DNA of 64,000 nt from Chrysomallon squamiferum (Eukaryota > Animalia > Mollusca), in the NCBI GenBank assembly GCA_012295275.1, contig CM022679.1:3720001-3784000 (forward strand). Direction: 5' to 3'. Positions 43,675 to 54,554 of this stretch are shown here, in pieces (positions within the stretch are counted from its first letter, which is position 1; each line of letters opens with the position of its first letter). Below the pieces are notes generated by a model, which saw nothing but the letters and a program-made list of their open reading frames with translations, did no database searches and had not been told where the DNA came from. Both the position numbers and the translations under genes were made by a program.

Positions 43675-46553
43675 ATCTTGACAGGATTTTGCAATGAAAT
43701 TTTGGACAAATCGAATTTGTCGTAAAGAAAAACTGAATTTGGGTATAGCACTGTTCGGTCGATCATTTACCCTGAAATCAGAAAATGATGATGTATACGC
43801 CCCAGCTTCCGCAGGTAACCGCGGTCGTTACACTCTAACACAAGGTTTCTTGGCATACTACGAGGTGAGTGATATAAACTCGTGGTTATTTTCACATACC
43901 CCCTGGCGGACATCATTTTATAAATTATTTCACAGATAAAGCGAACAGTCAAACCGATTTGGATTTGCTTTCTCCAAAATAAATAATTTTATTCTACGGC
44001 AGCTTTATACAACATTTTTAAAAGGTAGCGTCGCCCATTTTCTGAACTAAACATTGCATCCAAGCAGTGTTGCTTTTGTATGAATCACAACAACCTGCGA
44101 ACTGCCAACGCGAAACGCTTGCCTGCCAAAACGTGCGAGTTTTAACCATTTGGTAAATAATTTTGATAATATTCCATGCATAGTTATGCTTTATACACTT
44201 TTGATGGTGCGGCTGACACAAATCTGAGCTTTATTGGGGTTCCAAACGGCGGAAAAATTTTCAAAACAAATTTATACCTTATGCTTATTATGACATTTAT
44301 CACGTGCAAAATGTTTTACTTACATGAACTCGATATATCTGCACAAGAAAGCCAACATGCATTCTGTGTCAGTGCCCGGCCACGATCTTATGATATATTC
44401 CAATAAAGGCTGTAAATATATTCAAGTACAATTGTCTGTAATATGTGTCCCTGTGATTAAAGGACACCTGCAATATAAGGACACTTCTGGTCAGTGTGAG
44501 TAAATGACAGGCACTACTATATATAGATTAATATATAGATTCTGTTTCTTATTTTTTATTATCATTATTTAATTTGATTGATTTAAAAGTTTTGGTTTAT
44601 GTATTTATTATTATTATTTATGTTATTTTTAATTTTTATTATTATATCCTGGTAAGTATTAACTAATAAATATCAGAAAAAAATTCTATTCGTTGAACGT
44701 TCATTCTTGATATAGTAATTTTTCTCCAACAACTGCATGGTTTATATTTCTGTTGAAGTCAGTGATATCAGGCAATCTACTTGAACACATCCGTTGTTAT
44801 GAAATAGAGAACACGAATAAAAATGTTTGGATGCAAATCTCTAATAACCTTTTTTTAATCAAATAATATTCAACAGATATGTATTATGAAAAATGAGACA
44901 ACTAAAGAGATCTACAGGGAAAGTGAAAAAGCATCCTACATGGTCCATGGTAACCAGTGGATATCGTACGATAACTGGAAGAACATTCGATGCAAGGTGT
45001 CTCTTTATCTTGTAACTTTTATTATCTTATTAAACAAATAAACAACAAATCAAATAATTTTAAAAGGTGGAAATCTGTAATATAAGATAAAATTATCCTA
45101 AATATATATAATACGTAAAGAGTTAAATAAAACTAAAAGAAGTATGTATTACAATTAAGCAGTTGGCAGACATCTCAAATAAATGACCTTGTGTATCAAG
45201 GCAGCATTCCTGAATTAAGAATATTATTTTTAAGATCCTTAATTTCTAAATATCTAAAATAAATAAAATTTACAGGTATGCTATGTAAAACAGTATGGAT
45301 TTGGAGGAATTATGATTTGGGCTCTAGATCTTGATGACTTTAATGGAGAGTTTTGTGGAAAAGGCAAATGGCCGGTTTTAAATTCTGTCAAAAATGAGAT
45401 AAAGCAGAAACGTTTGTGTTTCAACCGCAGGTTTACATCATTTCTTTACTTCATAGTTTTTCTTTTTGTACCTGTGATAATCTATGAACACTTTTCTAAA
45501 TGTTGTTTTATCTATCTGTCTTTTTCCACAGCAGGGAATTTACCATAATTTTTGTTTTATATTTAAATTACTGACTGAAATTGATGTCATATGAGATGTC
45601 TATATTTTATACAATATATATATATTTAACCATATCGACTAATTCACACACATAGAAGGGTCGTAGATAATTATGTATCACACATAAGGAAAAAATCCCC
45701 AGTACCCCGTATAAATTACATTAATATATAATATTTTATTTTTCACAGAAACACTTTTATTTTATTTTTATAGAACCAAACACTTTAATGTTATGATTTA
45801 AATATTATTCTTTTACAGGACTCCACTTCCCCCGACACGGGTGTCTAAAGATAAAAAAGGTATACTTTATTTATTATATTTACAAGACAATAAAAGTTCA
45901 GTTATGACAAGGGGGTAGTGGAGAATAGTTAATATACTTATAACAGAGTTTGTGTACTTAAGAACATCCGATTACAATCTAACGTGTAGAAAAAATAAAA
46001 ATTATCGGAGATAAAAGATTCTGCCTAAATACCATTTATTTGTAACGTATTAACTCTATACTCCTTCGTATATATATATATATATATATTTTTTTTTTTT
46101 TTCCCCTGTCATGGATTGTATCTTTTCTTTCATCTTAGATAATCAAATTAGAACTTAGTTTTGATTTCGGAGCTACCTACTACAGGCTAACTTTGAAGCT
46201 TTATTTTATTTTCCTTTATTTTATTTTATTTTATTTTATTTTTTATTATTTATTTTATTTTTATGCTTTTCTTTTCTTCTTATTATTATTTTATTTTATT
46301 CCGAGCACTAGTGTACTTTTTTATCCATGAATTTTTTTATTTTCTGTTTTCAGAAGTGGATAAAATCTATTGTAGAGGTAAACAGAAAAAGAGATATTAT
46401 GTTCCTAAAAACTGCTCAATATACTACGACTGCACCATAGGTATAACATTAGTAAAGTCTTGTGCACCTGGCACCTTCTTCAACTTTGAGCTGCAGGAGT
46501 GTGTATACAGACATCAAACCACGTGTGGAAAAAAGCAGAAGAAACGGAAATAA
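39574..46553 (+). CDS. Secreted GH18 chitinase-like protein (predicted inactive chi-lectin) with C-terminal CBM14, copy 1, 481 aa. Exons 39574-39640, 40171-40317, 40754-40808, 41419-41671, 42545-42669, 43241-43343, 43685-43864, 44877-44996, 45276-45430, 45819-45859, 46354-46553
   Basis: All 10 introns are GT-AG with consistent phases; 1446 nt total. Signal peptide [23 protein letters not shown]18 motifs [72 protein letters not shown] and [13 protein letters not shown]. Six-Cys CBM14. Confidence 0.93.
41419..41671 (+). CDS. Copy 1 exon 4: GH18 beta3-beta4 region with degenerate catalytic motif [11 protein letters not shown] (41585-41617)
   Basis: Acceptor tttaaag|G and donor CAG|GTAAAC; translation [23 protein letters not shown]...[15 protein letters not shown]. 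Confidence 0.93.
42851..43240 (+). repeat. 33-bp minisatellite (consensus ~GTGGTTGTCACGTATTTCAGTTGTATTATTTTA), ~13 units; the last unit supplies the exon 6 acceptor
   Basis: CACGTA-type cores at 42856, 42893, 42926, 42959, 42992, 43025, 43047, 43080, 43113, 43146, 43163, 43196 and 43229. Confidence 0.92.
43906..44519. mobile_element. Left-truncated copy of the intron-7 MITE-like element (copy 1)
   Basis: Homologous to 53613-54191; ends gacaggcactacta|ta. The left end is deleted relative to copies 2 and 3. Confidence 0.4.
46354..46553 (+). CDS. Copy 1 terminal exon: CBM14/peritrophin-A chitin-binding domain with basic tail
   Basis: Cys spacing C-x13-C-x5-C-x9-C-x12-C-x7-C; CAPGTFFN motif; TAA followed by AATAAA. 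Confidence 0.92.
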
Positions 46554-46994
46554 TAATAAAGATAATAAAATTGATTCACACATTTATATATAATTTAGAT
46601 CTAATTGTCATTTAATTATTAAAAACCAATATACTACATTATACAATTTACAGATGTCAGTATACAATTTGTTTTTGTAATTTTGAACATTTTCTATTAA
46701 TAAAACTAATTTTATTTATGATTTTATGTACGGTAGAAAGGTCATGTTTCGATACTCATACCCTTAATATGCTAGGAAGAGTTTTAAATATATTTAAGCG
46801 TTATTTTTTATATCTATAATATAGTTATTATTGTATAATAATAATTACAAAATTAAATGGTATAATACAAAAATCTTTGCCTGTTTATAATTACGAGAAG
46901 ATAATAATTCAAAACACTTAATTAACAATGGCAGTGAAAGATCAGTTTTAAAAATTGGCACAATATAACAAAACACATGTCATGACCCTTTTTA

Positions 46995-47597
46995 TTATAA
47001 CGTGTTTTTAAACAAGAAAAATGCATGTATAAGTGACAAATATTGTATAAAAAAACAAAAAAGATAATATAAAAAATAAAGTCGTTTTGTAAAGTGTACA
47101 TGGTTAGGGCTTCTCCATTTTTTGATGGACAGAGGTCCGCAGCTCAGAAAATATTTTAGGACCTTTCACTGGAGTTAAAACTTTTATCGACTCCTTCTGC
47201 TTCAGTGTGGTATATATCGTAAAAGTACTAACCTCGCACCCAAGCCATGTTGATTACAAGCACACCTCGTTCATGTTTGTCTATGATTTCTTGCTTTCAT
47301 TCAATGAACATCATCCGCTTATTCTTCTCAGCATCGTCCTTTGCAATCATTTTCTTAGGATCAATGGATATTTGGCAAAATAATGCCCAAAATACGAGCA
47401 CAACACAACAGAGATGCTTCCACGGCGAGGTAACCACGTGAAGCAAACGAGTGAGACGCGGGATGCTGGGCAGATGTTGTGTTCTTCGTTGCGCCAAATA
47501 GCGGCAACGTATCTGAAGCTCGTTCGTAACTCAAAGCAAAGATCCATCTTGCGAATGCTCGTAACTCGGAAAATTCGTAAGTTTCAGCACTCGTAAG
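46995..47597 (-). mobile_element. Tigger/pogo remnant, unit 2 (left end missing)
   Basis: Homologous to 36925-37518; minus strand reads IDPKKMIAKDDAEKNKRMMFIE*. Confidence 0.78.
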
Positions 47598-48011
47598 TTT
47601 TTATATATATATATATATATATGAGAAATAAAGAAATAAAATAAATGAAAATGTTTGACGTCCTAAACTTCTTAGGATCTTATATCTTATTATTACTGTC
47701 AGACTGATTCTTAATTGCACGTAATTTCTTATTCATTTACGGTGTTTCGCCTTTAAACGTAAAGAGTTGTTTCCCCTACACCGTAATTTGAATAATCGTT
47801 ACAACTCTAGCTGTTAAATCCCAAATAATTTGGTCATTAGCAAGTTTTATATTGTCTTATACGCGTATCTGGCAGACAAGCAGTTAACTGAATGATATTA
47901 TTTATTTATTTATTTATTTATTTATTGATAATATTTTTTTTCTTCTGCTATTGAAAGTAAGGAGGTGCAGTATTTACTATTACATGTAGCTTTTGCGCTA
48001 AATTTTAAACC

Positions 48012-48153
48012 TACGTCACAAATATAAACATATATATAGCTCAGTAACTTATAACGTACAGTGACTGACTTCCGTTATAGCCTTTGAAATGAACAACAAT
48101 GCGTATACTTTATTAGTTATAACACCATAAGAAACCTAGCGAAAAGTTTTCAG
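48012..48153 (+). promoter_or_regulatory. Putative promoter and non-coding first exon, copy 2
   Basis: Near-identical to 37876-38017; donor CAG|GTGAGT. Confidence 0.5.
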
Positions 48154-48604
48154 GTGAGTGTTATGTGTCGCTTAACACCAGTTTTCCTGTAATTAAGGAA
48201 TTAGTCTTTGAAGTTTGACTATTTCTATCATGTATTCGTGAAGCCGATCAATTACTATTCAAACAAAAATTTAATTAGCTATATTAATATAAAAATACAA
48301 AAAAAAACCCCCCAAAACACCGATAATGTAACGGGTTTACAATTACTATGATCCGTTGGTAAAAAGTTAAATAAAATAAAATAATCAATAGAATAAATAA
48401 ATTAAGTAATAATAATAATAATTCTCCATCATTTATGTGAATGTATTCTTATAACAAATTGATGTAATGAATGACGTAATAGCGTCGATCGTTAGACTGA
48501 AATAGATTAACAGTCGCACTGGCGTAATTAGAGAACAGGAGGGGGGACGGTTCATTATTACTGACTTCTCATGGGACAGAACTTTCTCTGTGTGTGGATG
48601 TGTG

Positions 48605-48642
<38 letters not shown>

Positions 48643-48798
48643 ATCTAGTTTATATATAGTCTTTGCCTGTCGTTTCAGATAAGTACTGGCAGTGGAAAAC
48701 CACATCGTTAGCTATAATTGAGATTTCAAAATTAGTTACTGTAAGATCTATGTCTATATAAATGTGTTTGTGTGTTCATAATATATCCGCCTCTGTGT

Positions 48799-48832
<34 letters not shown>

Positions 48833-49009
48833 CATCTAGTTTATATATAGTCTTTGCCTGTCGTTGTTATGTGTTATTTCTATCTCGTAACGTAATCTTT
48901 TAAAATACATGCACAAATAATGTATGTGTCTCAGTTTCAGTTATATCTCTGTTTTGTTATTTATTATTCTTATTGTTCTTGTTGTTGTTGTAGTTACTAT
49001 CACTTTTAC

Positions 49010-49057
<48 letters not shown>

Positions 49058-52000
49058 CATTATTTTGTAGACTGACGTTTCCAGATGCATCCGCAAAACA
49101 TATTCTTGCTGTCCTTTCTAACTGTCATACCTGTATTAGCTAGAGCGAAAGGCATGAGATCATTTAAAAATCATTTATAACTTGAACATTTATACATACA
49201 TTCATGTATACATACTTATATACATACATACATATATACATTCATACATAGATACACACATTTATAGTCCACTTCAAACAAACATACATTTACAGATACG
49301 TAGGCCTATATCGGGTGGACATTCATATATGTGTATATATAAATATATACATAATATACATACATACGTACATACGTACATACATACATACATATATACA
49401 TATATACATAAATGCCCATCAGAATGTCCACCCGAAATGTATGTATGTCTGTGTGCATATATATGTACATATATGTATCTATGTATGTGTGTATGTATGT
49501 ATGTATGTATGTAGGAATATTGATGTGTCTATAAATATAAATGTTTACGTATGTTTCTACGTAAAGAAAGAGATATATTGAAGATCAGATGTATTTGTTT
49601 TCTTAATAATCAGATTATAAAGCCTCTTGATGTTTTTCTTTTTCTCTAGATTATCGGGTTGTTTGCTATTACACAAACTGGGCGCAATACAGAGGGGGAA
49701 AAGCAAGGTTCTTACCAGAAAACATAGATCCTTCTTTGTGTACACATATCATTTATGCGTTTGCAGACCTCGAGTACGACAAAGAAAATGACAAAGGTTC
49801 CACAAGGCATTAATAATACATGTATAAGATATCTGATTCTTTTACACATTTTATGTTCTAAGAATTCTGTCTCTTATGCTCTGAGTAAGGATTACAGTCT
49901 TAACAACACTATCTAGATAGGCAAACATCTTTCTTTTAGTAGTTTCGTTTAAGAAATGTTAGCTTTTATAAGTTAGTGTAGAGTTTGCTTTGTTTCTGTT
50001 AGAGCTTAGCGTATTGTTGTCGAGTGGACGGCCTTTTCAACAGGATTAATATCCCTTTCATTTGAGAAATGTAAAAAACTTAAATTTCTTTTGTCATTTT
50101 ATCATTGTTATTTTCAATTTAAGACTGTAAAATTAACTGACATGAAGTTTCGCAATGGGACAAAGAAGAAAGAAAAAAAAAACAGTTCACACATAAACAC
50201 ACGCTGACAGATGTTTTCTTTTTCTTTTACAGTTCAGTTAAACGCGTTCGAGTGGAATGATGAATCAAAAACTGATTTCGAAGGAATGTAGGTTACAGTG
50301 AATTAACTATTTCAAGCTCTGATATTTCGTTCATTGTAACAATTTTAATAAATTTCCAAAAACAAGTTTGTAAATCTAACTGATATAGACCAATTAATTC
50401 TATCTCTGTATATATATAACTAATGAAAAATAACTTTTAGTAGTCCTACATTAAAACCTATTTATGCCGCATCCAAAATGATTCCGCTGATTCTCTCGCC
50501 TATTTTTGCGAATTTTGCTCAAACTCGCGGTATTAATGGTTTTGTTTTTAAACTGCTGCCAGTTCTCAAGAAGAGAAGCTGCAGGAACTCTTATAAACCG
50601 TTTTCCATTGCAGCCTTCTTTTATATTTTATTTTAATTCAATAGAACCTGCATTGTTTTTCATTGGTTCGATTTGTCATAAATTATAGCATCAATTAAAT
50701 TTAAAAAAAAAAAATGAAATGGATAACAATTAAAATAAACAGAAAACAAATTTAAATAAATATTAGTAGACATCACAAAAAACTTAATTCTGTAGTTTTC
50801 TCAGAAATGATAAAATATAAAATAAAAGTCATACTGAATGAATCAGGAATATTCAGAACTTTTTAATTATTTTTTTTCTTTCTTTCTTTCATTTAAAGGT
50901 ATGAACGGTTTCAAAAGGTTTTGTCTAAGTTTTCAAATGTGTAAAAAAATTCTTGCTGTTGGTGGCTGGGATAAATATACAAAACCCTTTGATGCACTTA
51001 TTTCAAATGATTATAGTCGCCAATATTTTGCTAATGCAACAATAAGATTCTTAAGAAAACATTATTTCGATGGTCTCGATCTGCACTGGAAATATTCAGT
51101 TAACAAGATAAATGGAGCAATACGAAAAATTCAACTTGTCCAGCTGATGCAGGTAAACTTAAAACTGAAGTCATTTATTGTTCTGTGTTTTAAAATCTTT
51201 CTCTCCCTAATGTATTTTAGGTACTTAGCCGTTCAGCTTTTTATAGATTTGTGTGTATTTGCATTGAAAGAAAACAAAGACGAAGAAATTAATTAATTTA
51301 GTTAATTAAAGGAAAGTAATTCGCGCAGCTTGGTCAGATAAGACTACTTTACTGAAGAGGAAGAAACTTGCTTTGTAACACATGCAGGAGAGAAAAAGTT
51401 ATATATTTGTTATGTTTTATTTTTATATTTATAGGATGAACAAACGTCTCAGGTTAAAAAATACTATTAATTCAAAGACATTGAAATGACAAAATGTTTT
51501 TATTTTTTATTTACAGCTTAAAGTTCTAGTTTCTTTTTACCTTATAAAACAGTAACTGAAGCATTTTTCAATATCGGCGACTTTATAGTGTATTTACAGT
51601 GCAGTTGGCATTTGTAACAGGAAAATATATAAAATAACATTACATATAAATTCAATATTAATTTTTACCAGTGTTCCCTGATGGCTGAAAATACCAATAG
51701 TCTGATTTGTGATTGATTTTCAATAATTTAAACAAACTAATAAATAAAATTAACATTTCCATATCGTTTATATGTACCTATATAAAGTGAAAGTCGCTTT
51801 TGTTCGAATATATTTACATTTTACATCACTCTGTTCAATATAATTAAGTAATATTTCGCTTTATTTATTTATTTAGTCAGTTAGTTCGTTAGTTAGTTAT
51901 TTATTTTCATCTCTTTTATTTATTTAGTTTTTAAATTCAAATCATTGTGTGCATACAGTAACCCAGTCATAAAATGTTATTCTCTAAAGCAGTCCTGATA

Positions 52001-52327
52001 TGTTTTTCTCCATTTCCCAGGCATTGAAATCAGCCTTTACAGAGGAAAACCAACGGACACACAAACCTAGACTCTTACTGATTTTATCTGCAAATGTTCA
52101 GACTGATGTGATGACGTCGCCTTACCAAGCTGAAGCAATCTGCAGGTTGTATGTGCAAAACATTGCTTAAAAACAATGCATTAGCTAATGTGGTAAAATA
52201 AAATTTATAATAATAAACCAAATTCAGATCATATTATTTACAGTCATGTCTGAAATACACGAATGTCCAGATATTTATTTTGCTTTACCTACTGACATGC
52301 AAAATGTGTAATTTATTTACAAATTTC

Positions 52328-52783
52328 GTTCTCACGTATTTCAGTTATATTATTTATTAATTTTGTTGTCACGTATTTCAGTTGTATTATTTTATTGGTT
52401 GTCTCGTATTTCAGATGTATTATTTTAGTGGTTGTCACGTATTTCTGTTGTATTATTTTATTGGTTATCACATATTTCAGTTGTATTATTTTAGTGGTTG
52501 TCACGTATTTCAATAATATTATTTTAGTGGTTGTCACGTACTTCAGTAATATTAGTTTAATGGTTGTCACGTATTATATTACTGGTTGTCACTACTTCAG
52601 CTACATTATTCAATGGTTGTCACGTATTTCAGTAATATTATTTTAATGGTTGTCACGTATTATATTACTGGTTCTCACGTATTTCAGCTATATTATTCAA
52701 TGGTTGTCACGTATTTCAGTTACATTATTTTAGTGGTTGTCACATATTTCAGTTATTATTTCAATGGTTGTCACGTATTTCAG
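52328..52783 (+). repeat. 33-bp acceptor minisatellite, ~15 units (copy 2)
   Basis: Repeated GGTTGTCACGTATTTCAG cores from 52333 to 52772. Confidence 0.92.
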
Positions 52784-53546
52784 CTATACTGATTTTATAA
52801 ACGTCCTCACGTATGACTTCCATGGTCCTTGGGCTGGCGTTACAGGTCACTTTAGTCCAATCTTCAAGCCAAGTGCAAGATGTACAGTGAGTTCATATTT
52901 AATTGTTTTCCTATGAAAATGGTTCTATAAGGAGCAATATAAGTATGCATCGACTTTCGTCTTTATTTTTTATTATATGATTTGAAATCAAATAATTTCT
53001 GCAAATGATGTTCCTTGCTCATTTTTTATTTATTTACTGATTATTATTTCTATTCTTATTTGTTTTTACTCTTTTTTTTTATTAGATTTCTTTTAATATT
53101 ATTCGATTTTGTCTGGATTTATTTAATTTTCATTATTTTTTTTTCATTTTTATTTTGTATTACTAATTTTTTTTTGGATCTGATTGTTATTCCCGCTTAC
53201 ATCTATTTTATGTTTTGACAGGATTTTGCAATGAAATTTTGGACTAATCGAATTTGTGGTAAAGAAAAACTGAATGTGGGTATAGCACTGTTCGGTCGAT
53301 CATTTACCCTGAAATCACCAAATGATGATGTATACGCCCCAGCTTCCGCAGGTAACCGCGGTCGTTACACTCTAACACAAGGTTTCTTGGCATACTACGA
53401 GGTGAGTGATATAAACTCGTGGTTATTTTCACATACCCCTGTGAAAGAATTCTTTTCTGAAACGTTTTTTCACTGAACAGTTAATTAACTCCATCCTTGT
53501 CTGATCTTTTTAAAAATAATTTTACAGATATATATATACACATACA

Positions 53547-53595
<49 letters not shown>

Positions 53596-53612
53596 ATATT
53601 TATATTTATATA

Positions 53613-54191
53613 TAGTGGCACCTGCGACGTACGGACACTTAGATCAGCAAACACCTGCAGAATGTGGACGCGGACATCATTTTAAAAATTATTATTTCAC
53701 AGATGAAGCGAACAGTCAAACCGATTTGGATTTGCTTTCTCCAAAATAATTTTCTGAATTTAGCATCCATTCTATGACTTTTTTGAATACAACAATTGCG
53801 AAAAGGAAAGCGTCGCCCATTTTTGAACCTAAACATTTTGATAACATTGCATCCAAGCAGTGTTGCTTTTGTATGAATCACAACAACCGAAATGATGGTG
53901 CGGCTGACACAAATCTGAGCTTTATTTGGATTTCAAACGGAATATTCTTCAAAACAAATTTATACCTTATGCTTATTATGACATTTATCACGTGCAAAAT
54001 GTTTTACTTACATGAACTCGATATATCTGCACAAGAAAGCCAACATGCATTCTGTGTCAATGCCCGGCCACGATCTTATGATATATTCCAATAAAGGCTG
54101 TAAATATATTCAAAACAATTGTCTGTAATTAAAGGACACCTGCAATATAAGGACACTTCTGCTCGGTGTGAGTAAATGATAGGCACTACTA
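53613..54191. mobile_element. MITE-like insertion in intron 7 (Tc1/mariner-type, TA-flanked)
   Basis: Starts ta|tagtggcacctg and ends aggcactacta|ta (imperfect inverted ends), with internal GGACAC(CTG) repeats. The same left end appears at 63970 in copy 3. Confidence 0.45.
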
Positions 54192-54497
54192 TATATAGAT
54201 AAATATATAGATGCTCTTTCTTATTTTTTATTGTCATTATTTAATTTGATTGATTTAAAAGTTTTGGTTTATGTATTTATTATTATGATTTATGTTACTT
54301 TTAATTTTTATTATTATTTTCTTACTATTCTGATTTTTTAATTAATATTATTGTTATTGTTGTTGTTCTTGCTGTTGTTATTATTATTATTATTATTATT
54401 TTATTATTATGATTACTATTATTATTATTATTATTATTATTTTCGTTATTATAATTTTATTTTATTTTAGTTTTTTTATTAATTTTTATATTATTAC

Positions 54498-54554
<57 letters not shown>

